From an uncultured virus (IMG/VR IMGVR_UViG_3300038365_000169) (Duplodnaviria; Heunggongvirae; Uroviricota; Caudoviricetes), in the IMG/VR virus record IMGVR_UViG_3300038365_000169: a stretch of DNA of 61,199 nt, one strand, 5' to 3'. Numbering within the stretch: the first letter of the stretch is position 1; the number at the start of each line of letters is the position of its first letter. Below the pieces are notes generated by a model. That model was not told the DNA's origin and did no database searches. It saw only the letters and a program-made list of their open reading frames with translations. This document shows, in pieces, positions 57,526 through 61,199 of this stretch. A program made the translations under genes and the position numbers.

Positions 57526-58098
57526 TTAGATGCTGGCGCCGGGAGGTAAAATGGGGTACTCCAGCTCGGTGCAGAACTCCCTGTTGCCGGCCCATTTGTT
57601 CATCCACTCGGCCACCACAAACCTCTCGCTGCATAGCTTGGCGGGTACCTCAAACCCCAGAAGCACCAGGGTGACCTCCAGCGATCCGCCCTCAGCCTCA
57701 TGCGCGATGCCGTCCAAATGCAACCTTTTGTCCGCCCTGAGCAGGATGTCGTCCAAGGTTCTCTCCACGCTGTAGACCTCCAGCTGCTTGCGGTAGGCCC
57801 TAAGGTACCTGCACTCCATGTTATAATAGGTGGGGTCCTCCGCATGGATCTTGGCGCAGCTCTCGCAGTCCAAGGACGGCTCATAGGACCTGGGCACCAA
57901 CGGAGGGTAGCGCAAGCCCGTGTACCATTTGGGGTCCCACTTGCAGATGCTCACCGGCACCCAGCTTGTGTGCGCCCCCATGAACCTGACCTGGTAGAAG
58001 TAGGAGGTACGAATGAACACACGGATACCACGCCATCTGTACCAAGCATCCATGGTTGCACCTCCCAACTTAGATTTTGCAGTAAACCAATGGGTCAA
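57526..58098 (-). CDS. DUF488-like protein
   Basis: IRTSYF...VSICKWDPKWY...VLLGFE.P...CSERFVVAEW. Confidence 0.5.
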   Translation of the reverse strand: MTHWFTAKSKLGGATMDAWYRWRGIRVFIRTSYFYQVRFMGAHTSWVPVSICKWDPKWYTGLRYPPLVPRSYEPSLDCESCAKIHAEDPTYYNMECRYLRAYRKQLEVYSVERTLDDILLRADKRLHLDGIAHEAEGGSLEVTLVLLGFEVPAKLCSERFVVAEWMNKWAGNREFCTELEYPILPPGASI

Positions 58099-58668
58099 AA
58101 TTTAATGCATAAAGGGCATGGTTAAGCTCCTTGTCGCAGTAAATCTTCACCCAAAGGCCAACGAACCCTAACCCACCAATGATGAAGTACATCCCGTCAA
58201 GATGCACTGGACGCTACCCGTTGGGTTATCCTGCACATTTCTTCCCGCACCCCTGTATGGCCTTGCCCTTTGCGTTTCCTAAAGCTACTGCCTACAGGTG
58301 GAGCGTCTTCGGTTCGGCCATCCATGGGTCGCTTCTGCCCTTGCCCTGGTGGGGTCACTGGCGTTCGCTTCCCTTCCCTGGCCTCTTGCACTTGAACATG
58401 CCTAATGCATTTATATATTAGTGGTTAAATGGGTCAACATGGGTCACTCCGTCATCTGCGGTTTCGTCGCCCTTGCCCTTTGCACTTGGGGGTATGGTCA
58501 GGGCTCCTTCACGCAGATGATGGAGATCGTCTAAACATTTTAATGATTTAAATCACCCGTTCATGTGGTCAACCGCTTCTACCGCTCATTTTACCTGGTT
58601 AACGTAGGACTACCAAAATCATCATGCGAATTCCCATAATGATAGTTCTAACATCAGATATGATTGGC

Positions 58669-58923
58669 CTACCGCGAGATGGCCACCAACCAGGCCATCA
58701 GGGAGAAACCTGCCGCTGTCAGCACTGTACCAGCTATGATGCTCACCCTACCTGTGGACCTTCTCGCCGAGGCAATGGTCAAAGCCAGCCCTGCGGTGGC
58801 CGTCGCCAAGGCGGCCGCATAGGGCGCCAGGTGGTAGATTGCCCTTGACGTCAAGTCAAAAAACCCAACCTCTGCCATCCAACCCCTCCTTTCCCTGGTC
58901 AGCCCATTGGATGTGGCTGCCAA
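58669..58923 (-). CDS. Small membrane protein
   Basis: Two hydrophobic helices; GGAGG RBS before MAEVG. Confidence 0.5.
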   Translation of the reverse strand: MAATSNGLTRERRGWMAEVGFFDLTSRAIYHLAPYAAALATATAGLALTIASARRSTGRVSIIAGTVLTAAGFSLMAWLVAISR

Positions 58924-59016
58924 AATCTTTGATTAAAAATGCAAAATATTTTATTTATTTTTATGCAGACCCTTGGCCCTCAAACCCGCATAGGTCGCAT
59001 TATGCCTGCAGCTGTA

Positions 59017-59066
59017 GCATCCGGGTGAGAGCGACCATCCTGTGGACCTAGCCCTCACCCGGATGC
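59017..59066 (-). terminator. Strong stem-loop downstream of 59102..59299
   Basis: 13-bp perfect inverted repeat gcatccgggtgag / ctcacccggatgc, extendable by G-U pairing on the minus strand. Confidence 0.45.
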
Positions 59067-59101
59067 ACATGGTTAAAGCTGAAGGGGGCCCCAACGTAAG
59101 C

Positions 59102-59299
59102 TTATGCTTCGTCGGGTACCTCCTCCACGTTAAAGACAATGCCCTGAACCTCCTTGCAGTTGATGCTGGCGGAGGGATGAACCGCAACATGGTCCTTTCC
59201 CAGGTTGTCCGCAAGCTCGCCGTAGAACTTGGAGCTGTAGGGGGCCTCGATCTGAGCGCCGCTTTTCATCGTGACTTGGATGGTTTTTACCTTTGCCAT
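59102..59299 (-). CDS. Hypothetical small protein
   Basis: 65-aa ORF with GAAGG RBS. Confidence 0.5.
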   Translation of the reverse strand: MAKVKTIQVTMKSGAQIEAPYSSKFYGELADNLGKDHVAVHPSASINCKEVQGIVFNVEEVPDEA

Positions 59300-59551
59300 G
59301 GATATGTACCTTCTTTCTTCAGTTTTTCATCATGCAGTGCAGGCGCACATTTTGCACCCTAAACACTGTCATAATCTCTTATATACAATTGCGCCCTTTA
59401 CGCCCATATTTAGGTCCATGCATTGCATGCGCTGCAGCGGTAGTGGGTGACCAGGTGCCACACCCACTATGCGTCCAGAAATTTTTGCCTACACGCTTTG
59501 CCCTGCTCATTATATACCATAAATGCTGTGAAATGAAGGGAGGATGGAAAG

Positions 59552-60010
59552 ATGAGAATGTGGCCCTACCAGATGCTGGACGTGCTACCCACCAAGCAGC
59601 TGGTCTCCCAGTGGAGGGAGTGCCTGGCCATTGCCGGGTCCATGGCCAGCGAGGCGGGCTTGAACCATGCCACGGTGAACCGCGTAAAGGAATATCCAGT
59701 GGAGCATTTTGCCGCATATTGCGATCTTGTCCGCAAGGAGTTTGAAGCACGTGGGTTCACCATTGGCACCAACACAATAGAGAAGCTTGACAGGGACATC
59801 AACTACTCCTGCCTAAAGTACGGGTTGGAGGTTGTTGACGGCTTAGCGCTGGTGGACGGCGAGAGGCTTCTGGGCGACTTTCATGGGGACAGGTACGTCA
59901 TGCAGTGCGTGTACTCCTTCCAGGAGAGGTATGACTGCGGCACCATAACGAAACTTGAGTGGGAAAGAATCTGCCTCAAGCTATGGCCCGACGGGGTCGA
60001 CAAATGGTAG
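59552..60010 (+). CDS. Pyrimidine-dimer DNA glycosylase / T4 endonuclease V-like
   Basis: MRMW...LPTKQLVSQWREC.AI...HATVN...EFEARG. Confidence 0.8.
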   Translation: MRMWPYQMLDVLPTKQLVSQWRECLAIAGSMASEAGLNHATVNRVKEYPVEHFAAYCDLVRKEFEARGFTIGTNTIEKLDRDINYSCLKYGLEVVDGLALVDGERLLGDFHGDRYVMQCVYSFQERYDCGTITKLEWERICLKLWPDGVDKW

Positions 60011-60042
60011 GTTGACCTAGCATTACTGTTCGTTCAGCTGCA

Positions 60043-60990
60043 CTAGTGGTTTGAGGAGGATGATGTTGCATGGTTGTCAACTCCGCCAAGAAGGTCAAAC
60101 CCCTGGTAGTGCATCTGGGCGTTCGATGGAAGCCTGGCGCTGGTGTATCCGTCCAAATAGTTGAAGACGCACTGCTGGGTGTACTTGGCCCGCAGTAGGT
60201 CGTTCTCCCGACCGCCGCCACGAATGTCCATAAGCTCGTCACGTAGGCGTATCACCGGAATGTCCACATCGCTCCTGGTGATGCCCGTTCTGAGCACCTC
60301 AGCGATGTGCGCAAGTGCCTTCATGGGCACCCCGGATAGATGCGCCCATAGCAGGGAGCTTCTTACCACATTGGACCCGATCTTGATCTTAGCGCCAAGG
60401 TTGAAAAGCTCGCTCTGCTCGCACAGTAGCAGGTCCTTGCTGTACCTCTTCCATAGCTGTGCTAGCTCGGTGTTGGAAAGATTTATCCTCGGGTCAGAAA
60501 GCTTTAACCCGGCCATCAGCACCGCACGGAACCTGGATGGTAGGATCTCCACCTCCACCCTCTTGAATATGGCGGACTGGTCGGAATACGTTCTGTTCTT
60601 GCCGGTGTCCATGGATAGGTGCTGTTCAACGTTTAGGTCAAACTTGAGCAGCACGCTCTCCACCTTGGCTCCCGCTAATGCCTTAAGCCTGTGCTGGCCG
60701 TTGACCAGCATGCCCTTGCTGTTGAAGCCGATGTAGTCAACATCTGCGTACCAGTTTCCGCTCTCCATGTCGCGACGTAGCCGCTCCACATGCTGGCTTT
60801 TTATGTGTCGGTTAAGCCTGTTGCAGTGCTTCAGCAGAAACTTGGCCTGCTCCGGCGTTACCTCCATGCCGAAGGAGACCTGCTCGGGGCCCGCGCCAAG
60901 GCACCTGCGCACTCCCTCAATGTCAATGTATCTGTTGGTTTGCTTCACAAATTTTACCTCCTTTTGTTCATTTTCCTTAATATTAACCAA
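60043..60990 (-). CDS. ParB/Srx-like N-terminal domain protein (phage type)
   Basis: VTPEQA...NRHI...RDMESGNW...GMLVNGQHRLKAL...DTGKNRT. Confidence 0.7.
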   Translation of the reverse strand: MVNIKENEQKEVKFVKQTNRYIDIEGVRRCLGAGPEQVSFGMEVTPEQAKFLLKHCNRLNRHIKSQHVERLRRDMESGNWYADVDYIGFNSKGMLVNGQHRLKALAGAKVESVLLKFDLNVEQHLSMDTGKNRTYSDQSAIFKRVEVEILPSRFRAVLMAGLKLSDPRINLSNTELAQLWKRYSKDLLLCEQSELFNLGAKIKIGSNVVRSSLLWAHLSGVPMKALAHIAEVLRTGITRSDVDIPVIRLRDELMDIRGGGRENDLLRAKYTQQCVFNYLDGYTSARLPSNAQMHYQGFDLLGGVDNHATSSSSNH

Positions 60991-61080
60991 TAAATATGCA
61001 TAGCCCTAGCAACACATGTTATATTCGATTTAGCCCATATTTTGCCATAGAGCTAACATGGATATATAAATTTATGAAAG

Positions 61081-61199
61081 GTGGTGGGCAATCTGGAGAA
61101 GCGTCTTGCCCTAACTGTGGACGGCCACCTCACCTACTGCACCGCATCAGAGGAGAGAATCGGCAAGGGCCGATGCAACCATGTCACCCATCAAAGGGA
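61081..61199 (+). CDS. Start of another GKGRCxH-module protein, 3' truncated by window (start codon uncertain)
   Basis: Reads VVGNLEKRLALTVDGHLTYCTASEERIGKGRCNHVTHQR. Confidence 0.75.
   Translation, partial: MVGNLEKRLALTVDGHLTYCTASEERIGKGRCNHVTHQR
61108..61184 (+). repeat. 77-bp block identical, in inverted orientation, to 9352..9428
   Basis: Direct base-by-base comparison. Confidence 0.95.

Larger units (their letters stand above)
1..61199. mobile_element. Segment of a large conjugative element (megaplasmid/ICE/phage-plasmid), Firmicutes-like
   Basis: Gram-positive-type T4SS genes, own RecA/SSB/ligase, TA pair, many phage-like orphans, strong GGAGG RBSs, no chromosomal housekeeping operons; boundaries not visible. 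Confidence 0.75.

Noticed and set aside
58197..59100. RNase P, SRP or riboswitch-like words, and ORF 58197..58391
   Set aside because: Only short partial resemblances, full consensus not found; the ORF lacks an RBS and recognisable features
1..61199. CRISPR array, tRNA/rRNA, IS transposase, integrase, relaxase, phage structural genes
   Set aside because: None recognised by eye; divergent members could be hidden among the hypothetical ORFs

Overview
A 61-kb, gene-dense segment, almost entirely on the minus strand. It most likely comes from a large Firmicutes/Clostridia-type extrachromosomal element (conjugative megaplasmid, ICE or phage-plasmid). No rRNA, tRNA, CRISPR, capsid/terminase or relaxase gene was recognised. 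The left part (1-27 kb) is phage-like accessory cargo: IbrA/IbrB-like, HicAB, Ogt, a nucleotidyltransferase, several GNATs, GIY-YIG, HD hydrolase, RusA-like, RecA, SSB, a minimal NAD-dependent ligase, an exported HNH nuclease and a pentapeptide protein. The right part (27.8-56.7 kb) is a Gram-positive-type conjugation/pilus region: split VirB4, TcpE, TcpC, three VirB6-like proteins, a peptidoglycan hydrolase, a PilT/VirB11 ATPase and Flp-type pilins. Three things stand out. (1) FtsK/TcpA-like ATPases are encoded in pieces, and one paralogue's scattered pieces carry atypically split intein fragments, including an apparent three-piece class-3 (WCT) intein with a free-standing middle fragment. 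(2) A stand-alone RNA polymerase beta-prime catalytic fragment (NADHDGD) sits inside the transfer region. (3) A Cys/His 'GKGRCxH' N-terminal module is shared by at least four unrelated proteins, two of which share a 77-bp identical DNA block 52 kb apart. All family calls are motif recognition by eye; no searches were run.
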